Assembly: GCF_000143415.4 (NCBI RefSeq)
Contig: NW_003314473.1
Coordinates: 1 to 46,685 of the forward strand
DNA from: Selaginella moellendorffii
Lineage: Eukaryota > Plantae > Lycopodiophyta
Length of the DNA stretch: 46,685 bases
Reading direction: 5' to 3'
The first letter of the stretch is position 1; every line of letters begins with the position of its first letter. The notes under the pieces were generated by a model that did not search any database, was not told the origin of the DNA, and worked only from the letters and a program-made list of their open reading frames with translations. Below are positions 21,854 through 34,519 of the stretch, piece by piece. The translations under genes were made by a program, and so were the position numbers.

Positions 21854-24220
21854 CTCCTTGCCCCCTTCTCTTTTCCAGGAGCTCCTCCCTGCATGGCCCA
21901 AGACGACGTCTGTTGTCGAGTGCCCCGCGCCGGTGGTCGGCCCGGCCCCGCCTTCCCGCTCTCGTGTGCCCACCGCTCCCTTCCACGCCTGCCTCCCGGA
22001 AAGGGCTCTCCGGAGCCATCTCTTCCAGCGCCTCGGCCGACCGCCCGGATCACCGGTTTTCGGCCTCTTCTCCCTCTCGGCGTCTATCCTCCTCCCTCTC
22101 CATCTCGAACCCCCCGCCGAGCCGTGTGTCACCCCGCTCGTCGAGCCCAGCCGGAGGAGCAGCCGGCTGGGTGCGCGCTCCCCCCAGCTTTTAGCCCATT
22201 CCCGGCCACCCCCACGGTGACCTCCACACCCTCGGCCCGGGTGGTCATCCGACACCGCCTGATCGACGACTGGGTCCTCGGGGTGGTAGGAGATAAGAGA
22301 ATCACGGTACGGGCTCTGCGGAGGAGCCGCACAGAAAGCCTCGATGATGTCATCATACCTCCCCGCTATGCCCGGACCAAATTGGCATAGGAGAGACAAA
22401 GGAAACGGCGGGTCTACCCGGAATGGGGGTGGTCCACCGTCGGCGGGATATCGACTGCTCTGCGCGGCATCGGGCCGGCCCCCCACCCCGACACTACGGG
22501 CGGCAGATCCAATCCTCCGCTCTTTGCCCGAAAACCGGCCAGAAGCCTCTCCCGCGGATCGTCTCGTGTCGCGGCTCGGGTGGGTGGTTTGTGGGCGGCG
22601 ATCGGTGACTCGATTCGGTGGGCTCGTCGGCCAACGGGGATGGGGGGGTTGGTTCATCCCACCGGCAACAAGAAGCGGGGTGGGCGAGGAAGAAACGCCA
22701 ACAAAAACCCACCGGTGTGGGCCGAGGAGGGAGATGGGCGGGCGGACGGCCGGCCGGCCATCATGGGCACGGTGGGGCGGCGTTCACCGGGTCGTCGATT
22801 GGGGGGGCGGCCTCACTGGCCGTCGACCGACACTACCCCCCGCGCCGGTGGTCGGCCCGGCCGGTAAGTCGTCTGTCGCTCTCCGTTTCCTCCGGCATCG
22901 GGCCGGCGGATACCCCGAGCGGAAGAAGAAGAAGAAGAAGAAGGCACACCGGCACGCGCACGACCGGCGGCAGTGCGAAGGTTCGGTGGGTGGGAAAAGC
23001 GTTGTTCGTCGGGGCGGCAAGCAGCCGAAGAACCGTCGGCGGGTCTGCTGCCCACTCCCGGCGCGGCGGACACCGGGACAACAGGAAAGGGGGCGGGTCT
23101 CATCCTCGGTGTGTTCCCCAACCCGTCCGACCTCCGTAATCGGCACCCAACCCAAAGACCCCGCCCACTCCCGTCGACGGCAGTGGAGTGCCCAGCAGTG
23201 GCACGGCGGTCGGGGGCCGGCACACGACACGATTGGCCGTGCTCCCACTGCGGGGGGAGTGAAGAAGAGGAGGGAACAACCCGAAAACGGAGACACGACC
23301 GGCGGTTGATGAGACGACACCCGTCGCGTCGGGGTGTGCCCCCCACGAGCGAGCACACCGTGTGCTCGTCGGTCAAGCGCAGAGAGTGGGTCGGGCCGCG
23401 TCGGCGGGGAGTGGGGGAAGGGGTTCCGGTCCGGTGTTCTTCCTCCAGCCAGTGGGGGGTCCACCGTCCTCCCTCCGTCGTGGGGGTGTTCGCGCCGGGG
23501 ACCCGCACGCACGGGGAGGCAAGCAGAATGCGGGTCGGGCGGCCCGGGGATGGCCGGTGAGGGGTGGGGGTGGGTGCAAAGCGGTCCCCGGGGCTCCCGT
23601 CGCGCCTCGCGCGCATACGTCTCCCATTTTGAAGGGTTGGTGCGCGAGACGCCGGGAGTGTGGACCAGAGCGTGCGGGGAGAGGATAGGGAGGGACCCGA
23701 GCGCGGCACAGCAGGGGCGGGAGGACGGGGGGCGGGGAGGAAGCCGCCTCTCCCACGCCGCTTCTAGGACCCAGCAGCGGGGAGCGGCGCACACGGCGCG
23801 TTTCGGCCCCCCTTCCCGGCCGTGTGGGCGGTCTGAGGGAGGAGGGGCGGCGGCGGCGGCGGGCGCGCCCCCTTTCTGTGACGGACGGTCGGGGTTTGGG
23901 CTGCTGATCGCCGCGGATCGGAGGCCCGCGCCGGAGAGGCAGGGTTCGGCGAAGCGGCGGCCCCCCAACCCGAGAGCAGTCCGGCGCACGGGGGGCGTAA
24001 AGGAGTGCTGCCCCCCGCCCATGCCCGCTCCGAGACGACCTGTCCTCGGCGGGAAGGGCGGGCAATCCGGCCGCACTGCCGCTGACCGTGACTGGGTTCG
24101 ACGAGCAGCGATAGGCTGCGCGGTCGGAGAGGCCGTTGGTCGTGCCGGGGCCGCCCGGTGAGCAATAATTCAAACCGCCGGGAGGCCCTTCGCCGGCCAC
24201 ATGGCTCCCACTGGCTGGCG

Positions 24221-24546
24221 GAGGAGGAGGAGGAGGAGGAGGAGGAGGACTGGGTGTCGTGCCCTCCTCCCTGCTGCCCACCCACGTGCACCACTGCGCA
24301 CGGAAGGAAGGAAGGAAGGAAGGAAGGAAGGAAGGAAGGAAAGACGGGGAGCAGGCGGCGGCGAAGGAAGGAAGGAAGGAAGGAAGGAAGGAAGGAAGGG
24401 GAAACAACCGGTTCGGGGGGCCCCCCGCCGGCCAGGGAGAGAGACCATGATTGGGGGGATCGGGGTCGGCAGAGGGAAGAAGAAGAAGAAGAAAAGGGAG
24501 GGAAAGAAAACCGCCGGGGGGAGAGACAAGGAAGGAAGGAAGGAAG
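24221..24546. repeat. purine microsatellite cluster (GAG)n, three (GGAA)n blocks and (GAA)n just upstream of cox3
   Basis: Directly visible. Confidence 0.9.
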
Positions 24547-24604
24547 GGAGGCCAACACAGATCCGGGGAACAGAAAGAAGCAGAAGAAAGGATCCGCGAC
24601 CCCC

Positions 24605-25417
24605 ACGACTAATAATCCTCGCTCGGACCGGAGGCATCCTCATCATTCGGCTGATCCAAGCCCACGGCCGACCACACCCTCCTCTGCCTCTGTCCCGACA
24701 ACGGCAGGGGGTGTTCCCGCCCTTCACTCCATACGAGCGGGTGGGCCCTCACCCGGATCCGGCTCGGGAATGCCCCCACATACTCCCCCTCCGCGGCGGC
24801 GGGATGTCATACGCGAACCAACCCACGCAGGTCTGCACTCCGCATGCGTACACCAAGGGCATCGGTACGGTCTTTTGACGCCCACTGCTCCGGAGGTCAC
24901 GTCCCCTATAGCTCCTCCCTGGGCTTCCCTTCACTCCGCGCCCGGTCCGGCCGTAGAGAGTGGTGCGATCCGGCCCCCGCATGGGCTGATGGTGCCGGAT
25001 CCTCGGGGCATACCCCCCCCGAATACCCCCATACCCCCAGGACCCGGAGCGTCGGTCACACGGGCCCATCATGCCCTCTTCGCGGGATCCGAAGAAGCCG
25101 CGGTAAACGCCCCCGCCGCAACCATTCGGCCGGCTCCCCTCCCCGCCCTGCCCCAAGCCATGGAACATCGAGACGCACCCCCCACTACGAGCGACGGCAC
25201 CCATGGTCCGACCCTCCCCGTCGCTACGGGATCCCACGGGGCTCATGCGACCACAGGCACGACACCCCCAATCCGTCGTGCGATTCGTCACCATTCAGGG
25301 CATTCCACGCCGACGCATCACTCTGGCCCTGAAGCCGCTGCTCGGCACCGGCATCCCGCAGACGCGGCTCGGTCATTCTCATCCGCACCCATTTATCGGT
25401 GGGGTGGGCATCAATAA
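24605..25417 (+). CDS. cox3: cytochrome c oxidase subunit 3, intronless (ACG start edited; ends CAA-TAA)
   Basis: HPHHSADPSPRP edits to HPYHLVDPSPWP; RRRDVIREPT to WWRDVIREST; APEVTSP to VSEVMFF; TGSHGAHA to TGFHGxHV; HRHPADAARSF...IYRWGG to YWHFVDVVWLF...IYWWGG. Confidence 0.97.
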   Translation, partial: TTNNPRSDRRHPHHSADPSPRPTTPSSASVPTTAGGVPALHSIRAGGPSPGSGSGMPPHTPPPRRRDVIREPTHAGLHSACVHQGHRYGLLTPTAPEVTSPIAPPWASLHSAPGPAVESGAIRPPHGLMVPDPRGIPPPNTPIPPGPGASVTRAHHALFAGSEEAAVNAPAATIRPAPLPALPQAMEHRDAPPTTSDGTHGPTLPVATGSHGAHATTGTTPPIRRAIRHHSGHSTPTHHSGPEAAARHRHPADAARSFSSAPIYRWGGHQ

Positions 25418-26942
25418 AGGGTGGAGGAGCCTTCTTGGGGCGGAGGGGCGAGCAGTATGTATAACGACGGGGGAGGAGCGGTCTGCGGATCACCCCGCAC
25501 CGACTGGTATGCTTCTGGTGTTTCGCTATCCCGGTGAGAGCTGATGGCGGGGGGGATAGGGGTGATGACCACCCCAGCCGGCCGAGCGTGGGTAACCCCC
25601 CTATCGTCTCATAGCGTTTTGGGCGGGTAATGGTATTCGATGTCGGCGCTTCGTTCTATCCCCGTCCGTGGCGGATAGTGCGACGCAAGGAGGGGATGAT
25701 CATACCAGTATCGTGCGTCGTCATCGATCTCCCACCTCCCCGTCGGGCACACCCCCAACAAGCCCCGGTGCACTCACCCCAGCAGGAAGGAGGCCGCCCC
25801 ACCGCTTCTTCACCCGTGCCGCGGGGCACGCGCAGTCTCCTCCCTCCTCTCCCCGGGCCGGTCGGCCTGGAGCCACGCTCCCACGGGGAGGGCTTCCGGC
25901 CTGTGTACCCCGCAAAGCCAGCTCGGGGGCCAACACACCTCCAGAGCACCCCCGACCACGGCGTCAATTGGAGAGGCGGGACGACGGATCGGCGGGCACC
26001 ACGGCCGGTGGTGCACGGCCGCCCCCCGAAGGCAGAGCCATGCCCGTTTTCCTCCGACACACACACACAACCCTCCTGCTGCTGCTGCTGCTGCTGGTCC
26101 TCCGACCGAGATCGGCCGAACGCCTTGTTGACCGGCCGGGAGGAGAGTGCCGCTCCGAGGCTATCGGTCGGGCCGACCGAAGAAGGCGAGCGGGCACCCT
26201 TCCGTCGTGTTCCTGCTGACTGATCCCACCCGGCGGGCGGTGTGCCACCCGGTCGTCGGGTTCCGCCTCCTGTTGGCCACATCCCCGACGGCTTTGGTTG
26301 GGTTCGCCGCTTTCCTCCCTTCCTCCCCTTCCCGATCGGCCGAGTTCCTTCTTGCTTGTCGCCCAACCCCCACCCACTGCACGCCCCCCCGCCTTTGTGG
26401 TGCCCAACGCTCTCCCCGACCGGAGGAGGAAGAACCCCCCAGCCCCAGAGGGAGAGGGCGGCCCCCCCTCCGGCCGACCGCGGCGCCGCAGACCCCGGCT
26501 TCTTCTTCTTCTTCTTCCTTCTTTGCGGCGCCCCACCGGCCTCTTCTCTTCTGCCCGGGCCTCCTCACACCATGGGGCCCGCCGCTGGTGCCTGGGGTGG
26601 GCGGGGCGGCGGGTTGGTGGAGGGATCAGGATCGATATCGATATCGATCGCCACGACCCGCCGGTTCGGTGGTCCGGCCGTGTTGGCCATGCCCCCTCTC
26701 CCACTGCCCAGTGGAGCGCGCCGTGCCGTCGTCGGTGCGCTCTCCCCGACCGGTGGGAGACGAAGACCGCCGGGACTCTCTCTGTCGTCGTCCGGTGGGT
26801 CACTCCGGACCACCGTTCGGAACGGGGTCAACACTTCCCCGCGCTGTGTGCTGGTCGTTTCGGTCGGCGTCGGGGACCTCTGTCCGCGACACCGTCGTCC
26901 GTCGCGGCTCGGCCGGTGTGTGTGTGCCGGATAGCCACCAGA

Positions 26943-28000
26943 ATGAGCCTCTCTTACAGCGCCGTATCGTCGATAGACCCCCCCACCCTTACCCCAGATC
27001 CCCCCAGTATACCCCGACCCGAAACACCGCAGCGGATGATAGCACCTTTGAGCTCGACTGGGGTGGAGGGGTGGTGGACACGGTGCTCTCTGTTGGAGCC
27101 CACACCCCGAAAACCGGCAAGAAGCGGGGCGGTCGAGGCGTTTGCCGGTGACCGTGTGTACCCCCCGCTCGGTGTGCCTGGAGAAATGGGCTCTCCAAAG
27201 GGGCCAAATCGACGGGGCGGGCCGGCCTGGGCGTCTGGTGCCCCCAGACCCCCCAACGGAGGTTTGGGACAGCCGAGTGATGGCGAATCGGCGCCATCCC
27301 ACCCGGTTCCGGGAGCACGGTTTCCGGGTGATGGCGAATCGGCATGCTCTGGCCCCACTGCCGAACTCCCGACCCACCCGACCCGGATGGGTGTCTACCC
27401 CGACGTGCACCCGGAGCGTCTGCATGCCCCCCCCACGACAGTGGTGCAACAGGGAGCATTCGAGCTGCCCCGCTCCGAGGACGTTGGACCGTGCCGAGCT
27501 GCCCGGGCTGTTCCCCGAAATACCCCCGCGGGACACCACACCGATATCGCCCGTGCTGGGTATGATGGTGGCACGGACCCCCGCTCGACCGGCAGCACCG
27601 TTTGTACGTACTGTGGCTTGGCCAGGCCCACACCGTGCCCCGTGCGCCAGTCGGGTGCGCCGTCGCGCCGATCATCGATGATGGCGGTGGGAGAGCGAGG
27701 AGCGGATCCGGTCGAGCCGATCGGGGGGACATGCGAGCAACGGTATACACGGTTACTGCTGGGTGTGGAAGCCGCTACTCCCTCTGTGTCCAGGAGAGGC
27801 GCCGTGACTAGTGGGGGGAGGACCCCGCGAACGGCATCGGTGTTTCTGCCCCTGCCCCCACGCGGAGGGAAGAGGGGGCAGGGCGGCACCGGCGGAAGAA
27901 GCGCCCGTTGCCCCGACGACCACTGCTGGGCCCACGGGCACCTTGATGGGGCTGAACGCCCTCCGACGGAGCCCATACCCCGGCCATGGCCATCGCAGAC
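26943..28000 (+). pseudogene. possible degenerate linear-plasmid-type family B DNA polymerase (dpo) remnant
   Basis: Collinear weak motifs in one frame: SYSAVSSID (cf. YFHNLSxFD), CSLLEPTPRKPARS (cf. DSYLLLPxSLRKLAKS), AFELPR...AVPRN, DIARAGYDGGTD (cf. FIRRGYYGGHTD), LLGVEA...VFLPL. The catalytic YDVNSLYP motif is not intact. Confidence 0.35.
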
Positions 28001-28108
28001 CCACGCCGGGTGCGAGTTGACCCAGAGATGGGCGCGGGCGTGCATACGGGGGATCAACCCGCTGCTCCGTCCACCCTCCGTTCACCAGCCACCCGGCGAC
28101 TGTTGTCG

Positions 28109-28161
28109 GATGATGATGATGATGGGTGGTGGTGGTGGTGGTGGTGGTGGTGGTGGTGGTG
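28109..28161. repeat. compound microsatellite (GAT)n(GGT)n
   Basis: Directly visible. Confidence 0.9.
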
Positions 28162-29414
28162 GGTGTTGTTCCTCTCCGCTTGTTGCCCCACTCCCCGCTC
28201 GCCGGAGGTTTCTGTGTGGTGGATTCTCTGTCTGTCTGTCTGTGTCTGGTGGGTGGGTTACGGGCGGGTGGGTCCGTCGTTGGCTTTTCTTCTGGGTGCT
28301 CCCGACCGTCGGAGCAGCTCCATATCCCACTGCCCCCATCCACCCCGCCAACATGCCCCGCCGACCCACTCTCTCTCCCTGGCCGGCCCCCGCTCCGCCC
28401 CGGGCTCTCTCTGCCGTCGCGGGGCGTTTTTCGTGTCTGTTTCCTTCTTCCCCGTCTTCTGCGGTCGGCAAAGCCACACTGGGCGGCGGCCGTTCGCCCC
28501 CCGTCCACACCACACCCGCACCCACCCCGGCCATCTCGGTTTTGGGGCGGCGATCGTGTCTCGATCGGTCACTCCGACGACCGGGTGGGTCGCACTCGTC
28601 GCTTTTCGTCGGTTGGGGTGTTTTGGGCTTGTTGGAGACAGCCGTCGGCTCGGCGGGGAGTGGCTGCTCGTCCGGGAGAGCAGAGCGGTGAACCACCCCG
28701 CCGGGAGAGCCGTGTGCCGGTCGTCGGACGTTCGGCGGGGGCTTTGGCCGGCGGCCTCATGACGACGTCACACTCGCCGCGGCGGGAGCGGCGTCGGGGA
28801 GGTGGGCGGCCCGCCGGCCCGGGTTGTTGGGCATGGGCGGTTTCGGCCGCTTCAAGCCCGGTCCACACCGCTCTCGTCGGCCGTTGTTCGGATCACTTCT
28901 TGTTGCTCCCCGCCGCCGCCGCCGCCGCCGCCCATGCGCCCGGGCCCAACCGTGGTGGCTGGATGGGGGGGCCGCCGGCCGGCTACACCGAGAAGACCTC
29001 CCACTCCCCGCCGGCACGGCACTCCCACGGCGCCAAGCAAGGAGGCTCATCACGACTGCCCGGTGTGGCGTGCGGGGAGTCGTCGTCCTCCCACGACGCA
29101 GCAGCACCTCCTCGGTTGGGGGGTTTTGTTTGGGGCGGCTCCTCCTCCCTTGCTTGCCTCCAACCGGTTGGCACGACAACACCCCGCCGACCGGGCAGCA
29201 CACGGCGACAGTGGGCGCGACGAGTGAGTGGAGGACCACCTTCTTCACCCGCCGAGTGTGACCGGGCCCAGGGGGATGTGGCCGCCGGCCATGCGTGCGG
29301 TCTGGCCGCCACCCGACCCGGTGAGAGGGCCGCGCCGCCGCCGCCCATGCCCGCTTTCGGGGCGGGCTGTGGACACGGTCGTTTTCGGTCCTCTGCCCGC
29401 CGTTCGGGATGATG

Positions 29415-29449
<35 letters not shown>
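29415..29449. repeat. (GTC)n microsatellite
   Basis: Directly visible. Confidence 0.9.
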
Positions 29450-29450
<1 letters not shown>

Positions 29451-30068
29451 CCGTCCGTTGTCCCGGCCCACCCGCGTCGGTCGTAAACAACCCCGGACGG
29501 AGGAGCCGATGGCGGCGGGGCTGGCCGGTGTGTCGGGGAAGAGGACCCCGATGCGGCGGAAGCGAGGCCAACCGGCACGGGGTGGCCCGAGACGATATCG
29601 ATCGCGACGGCCGCAGCACCGGGGGCAGTGGAGTCGATCGGGGGGCGGCTCATCATGGGGGGCGGCCCACCCCCGACGAGAGCGATCGGCCGTGAAACGC
29701 CGATCGATATCGATCGATGGGGGAACAAACATGCCACGAATGCGTGCCGGGGCATGGGCAACAGGTCCCCGGTGAGAGGATGGCCGGGAGTGGGGTGAGT
29801 CGGGGTGTGTGTCGGTGCCGGGAGGAGCGGGACCGATGCCATCGGGTACGGGCGACGGACCCGCCATACACACCCACCACGGGCACCGGCTTCGGAGGGT
29901 GGCAGCAGCAGCAGCAGCACCATGTCTCTCTCTCTCTCTCTCTCTCCGCCCGGTTTCCCGGCCAGCCAAAGCAGCCGGGGAGGCACATCCGCGGGTCGGC
30001 GGCCGCTTCTTTTCTTCCCCGCCGGCTCGTCGGGCCGGGCCGGAGAGAACCCCGCCCAGTGCGGGGGC

Positions 30069-30259
30069 ATGTCCACCCCCAATCGCCGATCGTCGGTTGT
30101 TGGGGCTCAGTGCCCCACCCAGCGCGTTTTACCCCAACCCCGAGTGGCGGCTGGCCTCCCGCGACCCGGGCACACGCCCAAGGGAGGATTATTAGCGCAT
30201 CACCGGTCCCACCGGCCGCCGCCGCCGCCTCTCTCTCACCCCCTTGGCCCGGCCGCCCC
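30069..30259 (+). CDS. nad2: NADH dehydrogenase subunit 2, exon 1 (divergent)
   Basis: ATG-initiated frame VLPQPRVAAGLPRPGH...RPPPPPLSHPLGPAA shows the FPE / PP-x7-LG spacing of Nad2. It is immediately followed by GTGCG at 30260 and is phase-compatible with exon 2. Confidence 0.55.
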
Positions 30260-32804
30260 GTGCGCCTGCTGTTTGGGGCGGGCTTGAAGAAGAAGCAGTG
30301 GGTCCGGCACCGGCGGACATGGGCTGAGTGACGACATCATCCCGAAAGCCGATCGGACGGGACCAACCCACTACTCCGCGTACGGGGCGAGCGGCCGCCA
30401 TACGTCGTGTCATCCCAGTGACACCACCGGCCGGGGAGCAGCAGACGACCGACGGCCGGAGCAGCGGGTGGGGATGATGATGATGATGATGATGATGATG
30501 CCTGCTGGGGCCAGCCACCAAAAGCGGAGGAGCGGGTCCGGTAGTGGGTGGTCGAGGAAAGGGCGGTACGCGATCGGGGAGCGGGTGGGCCGGGGCGGGG
30601 GACAATGGCCGAAAACGACCACCGCACTCCCGCCGTGGGGATCGGCCGATGCCCCCCAACCGGTTTGGTTGTTTAAAAACCGGCCGGGGAGCAGCAGTCG
30701 ACGAGACGCTCCGCCGGTGCATCGGCGCGCGCCATCCAACATCGCCCTTGAAGGCACGGCAGCAGTGGAGACACCGCTTTTTGCCACACTCAGGTTTAGC
30801 GGCAGACGGGGATCCCGCGAGACGACCCCGCCCCCGTGTACGGCGGGTCGATACCACCCCACCGCGGGGTTTAGGCGGAGTCGGCATCCTCCTTTCTTTT
30901 CGTCGCCGACCGTCTGCCGGAAGAAGAAGAAGAAGAAGAAGGCGGAGGAGCACACGACCGAAAACGACCCACCCACTCATACCCCGACGACCGGGTCGGG
31001 GCGGGCACACCCGGCGGCCGGCCCATATCCCCCGACGAGTGCGACGTCGGGTGGTCGGTCGACGAAAAACCCTGCTGCCTGGTGCGCCAGGGGGCGGTGT
31101 GGGACGACGACCGCCGAAGAGGCACCACCACCACCACCACCCAACAAACCCCCTCCCCCTCCCGACGATCGGCGGCCGACGAGTAGTCCACATCATCCAG
31201 AGCAGCTCATCCGCCGCTTCTCACCTTCACCAACAGCAGCCACCCGATCCACCACGTCCTTCTTCGCCAACCGACGACGCCATCACCCGTCGTGTCCGCA
31301 GTGATGAGTGGGCGTCCGTTCGCCGCCCCGCTTCCGGCGGTTGGCCGGCCCCACCAAAAACCCTCCCCGTCACACTCACCACGGTCATGCACACACACCC
31401 CCCCATCTCTCTCTTTTCCACTCATTCATCACTGTTGAACCTTCCTTCCTTCCTTCCTTCCTTCCTTCCTTCCCCCCCCTTGACTGACTGACTGACTGAC
31501 TGACTTACTTACTTACTTACTTACCATCTCCCTCGGGCTCCCCTGCCCGGAGCTTTCCGGCCCGCCGCCGCCGACACCCAACCCTTGACCCCAGCCGAGA
31601 TCCGCCCACGCCATCACGGCAGAGCCGCTTGCGGCCACCAATCGCCGATCCGAGTCCTCCTCCTCTCCCTCACAGGCACCGGTTGTCTCCTTCTTCTTCT
31701 TCTTCGGGGTGCTGCACCCGCCGCGCCTCTTCCCGACCGCCCCGGGACACCCCCATCATCATCATCATCATCATCATCATGACGGCACCTCCTGTCTCCT
31801 CCGCTCTGCTCTCCGGGCCGGGAGTCATCTTCGAAGAGACATGGGCTGGGGGGTGGTGTCTACTACTACGGAGGAAAGGCTCGACGGTGGTGCACACCGC
31901 GCACACCGGCGGGGGCATAGGTGGGTGTTCCGGCCAGGAAAGAAAGAGAGGGCGGGGGCGGATCGGACGGGGGTCGGCTGCGGCGTTTTGGGCGACTGCC
32001 CGGGAGAGGGGAGGCCATGTCAGTGGTCGGCTCTCTCTCTAAGAAAGAGGGGCGGCGCTATCCGCACGGCGGGCGCTCAGAGGCCGATAGGACACAGGAT
32101 GGGTCTCTCTCGCGCACACGGAGAACACTCCCGACGATGGGGCGGCGTGGATCAACGCATGCAGGGCTGCTGGGCCCACAGGGAACAATGGGGTGTCGGA
32201 GCGGCCCCTTTCCGGGTGGGCATCATGCGGCGCGCCCATCGATCAAAGCGAACCCGGCCGGCATGCACATGATGCATGGGGTGTTCTTCGTCTTGTGTTG
32301 GGGCTGTTGGCCCGCCTCGCCCGGTACAAGCGTGGCCCACAGGGCGCATGCGGCAAGCGAGGCGGGTTTTCGCCCGGGAATGGGCTCTCCTGGGCCGGCA
32401 GTCGGGGCCATCGTGTGTCGGTGTTGGTGGGGCTGCTCGTTCGAGGCGATAGCGGGGGATGGTTTCGGTGTTGGTGGGCGATATGATGCTCTTCTTCACC
32501 GGGAAGGGCTGTGGCGTGTCCGGGAGGAGCGTGGGCGGGGATGGGCTTTGCTGCCAGCGAAGGGGCTGGCTGTTTGTTGATAGCCGATGCACGGCCGGGG
32601 TCCTGGGACGGGAGGATCATCGGCCCGAGAGCGTCCCACCCCCAATCCGACGAGAGCATATCGTCTTCCCCGGAGGCGACCCTCCCCCGGACAACGGACG
32701 AGCCACATGCGAGGCTCTGCGCGGTGTCGGCCCGCACGTGTGGTTCGGTTGGGGATAATACGCCTGGAAGACCAGCAGCTCATGCCGCCCCAGGGGTATC
32801 GAAC
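30260..32804 (+). other. group II intron nad2i156g2
   Basis: Starts GTGCG; domain V GAGCCACATGC...GCACGTGTGGTTC at 32700-32746; ends ...GTATCGAAC. Confidence 0.7.
31441..31524. repeat. compound tetranucleotide microsatellite (CTTC)n-(TGAC)n-(TTAC)n within nad2i156
   Basis: Directly visible. Confidence 0.9.
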
Positions 32805-33197
32805 CCGCCGGCCTCTGCTCGCCACCGTGTTGGTCGGGGTCGGCATACCCATAACAATTAACTCCATCCATGACACCCTCCTCACGGACAGCTCTACACA
32901 CTGTCGTGACACCTCCCCCTTAGTGGGGACGGCCGGCACGATCATGCCCACCGCGGATCACGGGGGAAGGGACACCTCGCGGGCTTCCGAAACCATCGCC
33001 CCCATCCCACCCCCCACTCCCGGAATGCCGGTGCTGATATCGGCGTCTGATTCACCGATCATGCCCACCGCCATGGAGCCCCAGACCCCACGTTCCCATG
33101 CCCCCGCAGCACCAAAAAGAGACCCCGAATGTCCAACCGAAGCCGGCCCGAAATACCCTCTCCCAGGCGCACCCTCCCCGGGACCATCCTCGCCCGG
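32805..33197 (+). CDS. nad2: NADH dehydrogenase subunit 2, exon 2
   Basis: ISASDSPIMPTAMEPQTPRSHAPAAPKRDPECPTEAGPKYPLPGAPSPG edits to ISAxDLxIMxxAMELQTLCFYxLAASKRDSECSTEAGLKYFLLGAFSSG. Confidence 0.93.
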
Positions 33198-34519
33198 GAA
33201 AGCCCACCAGCCAAGACCATGGGGGCGTGTTGCGCGGGGCTGCAGGCCCACTCTGTGTCCTTGTGCTCGAGGGCGGGGGTGTTCATGCCGGGTTTTGGGT
33301 TTTATGACAGTCATGAACCGATCAGAACAGGGAGGGGGGCGGCCGGGGGTGTCTGAACACCCGGGGCGGCTTTCTCTATGGGGCATAGCACCGCGATCTC
33401 GGGGTTTTTGTGGGGCCCACTGGTGGCGGACCCCTCCCTGTCTCGACCCAACCCCACCCGCCCTATCTCTCTGCCCGACCGCTCCCGACCCAACAACCGC
33501 CCAACACCCGGAACGGCCGGGGAGAGTGGGCGCCCCCCGACCCGGTTTGCCGGCCATCCGCCCGTCGGCCCACGACCGGAATGCCTTCTTCGGTCGAAAA
33601 GGTGTTGTCCGTTCGTGTCCGGGGTCGAGCTTGGCTTGGCCTCTCCGGCTAGTCCGTGGGGGTCAGGCCGAACAACTGCTCGGGGCGGCCTTTTGGGGGG
33701 GCATGCCGGCCGAGAAACCCCCTATCCCCCTTCTTGTGTCCCTCCACCCCAAGCCGGTGCCGCGCGGCGCACCAAACCCCGAAAAACCACCGGCCATGGG
33801 CATATCGGCTCGGACCACCCCAACGCTCGCCCTCCCCATCTTCCCCGGGTGTTCGAGACTGACTGGCCCTGCTGGTGGGTTGGGCGGGGTTGGGTCGATC
33901 CCCTCGAACCGCCACCGCCCTCCAACCCCGTCAGAGCGGCATAGCCGATGACCCCGCTCCCCGATATCATCGCTCGGGGGCAAACCCCAGACCATCCCCC
34001 CGTCCTCGGAACCGGGCACACGACCGGAAGGCCCGCCCGCGGCTCGATGCCGGAGAGAGCCCAAAAGCCGATCATCTCGGAGTGTTTCGTGCTGCGGGCT
34101 CTTCATCATCCGATCACGGAGCCGACCAGAAAGCAGCGACTCTGGTGCTCGAGCGCACCGGTCGTGTTCCGGACCACCCCGACCGGTGATTGCTTGGCCC
34201 CCAGTGAGTGGTCGACACCTGACTGACCGTATACCGTCTCCGGCGGGTCCGGTTCGGGGTCGTTTCGGCTCCCCGCCGGCTCCCCGCACCGGATTTACTC
34301 TTCCCCGCCCACCGGCGCCTAGCTCCGGAGAGGAGCACGCCCACAGACTCGCCTGCGGGACGGGGCATCCTCCTACCTGGTGGGGGTGTCCGAGGGCGGG
34401 GTGGGGGTTCACAACAGGGTCATCGTGGAGCCGTATTCGTGCGATCGGGCGCACGGTTCGGGTATGTCGTGCGCACGTGCTCCGTCCCCCAGCGCGGGTG
34501 CAGTGTGGGCCAACCCCAT
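33198..34519 (+). other. group II intron nad2i542g2
   Basis: Domain V GAGCCGTATTCGTGCGATCGGGCGCACGGTTC at 34428-34459; ends ...AACCCCAT. Confidence 0.85.

Noticed and set aside
32400-32560. atp4-like hint (VKKSII versus SKKISI) on the minus strand
   Set aside because: No NEE motif or further collinear similarity.
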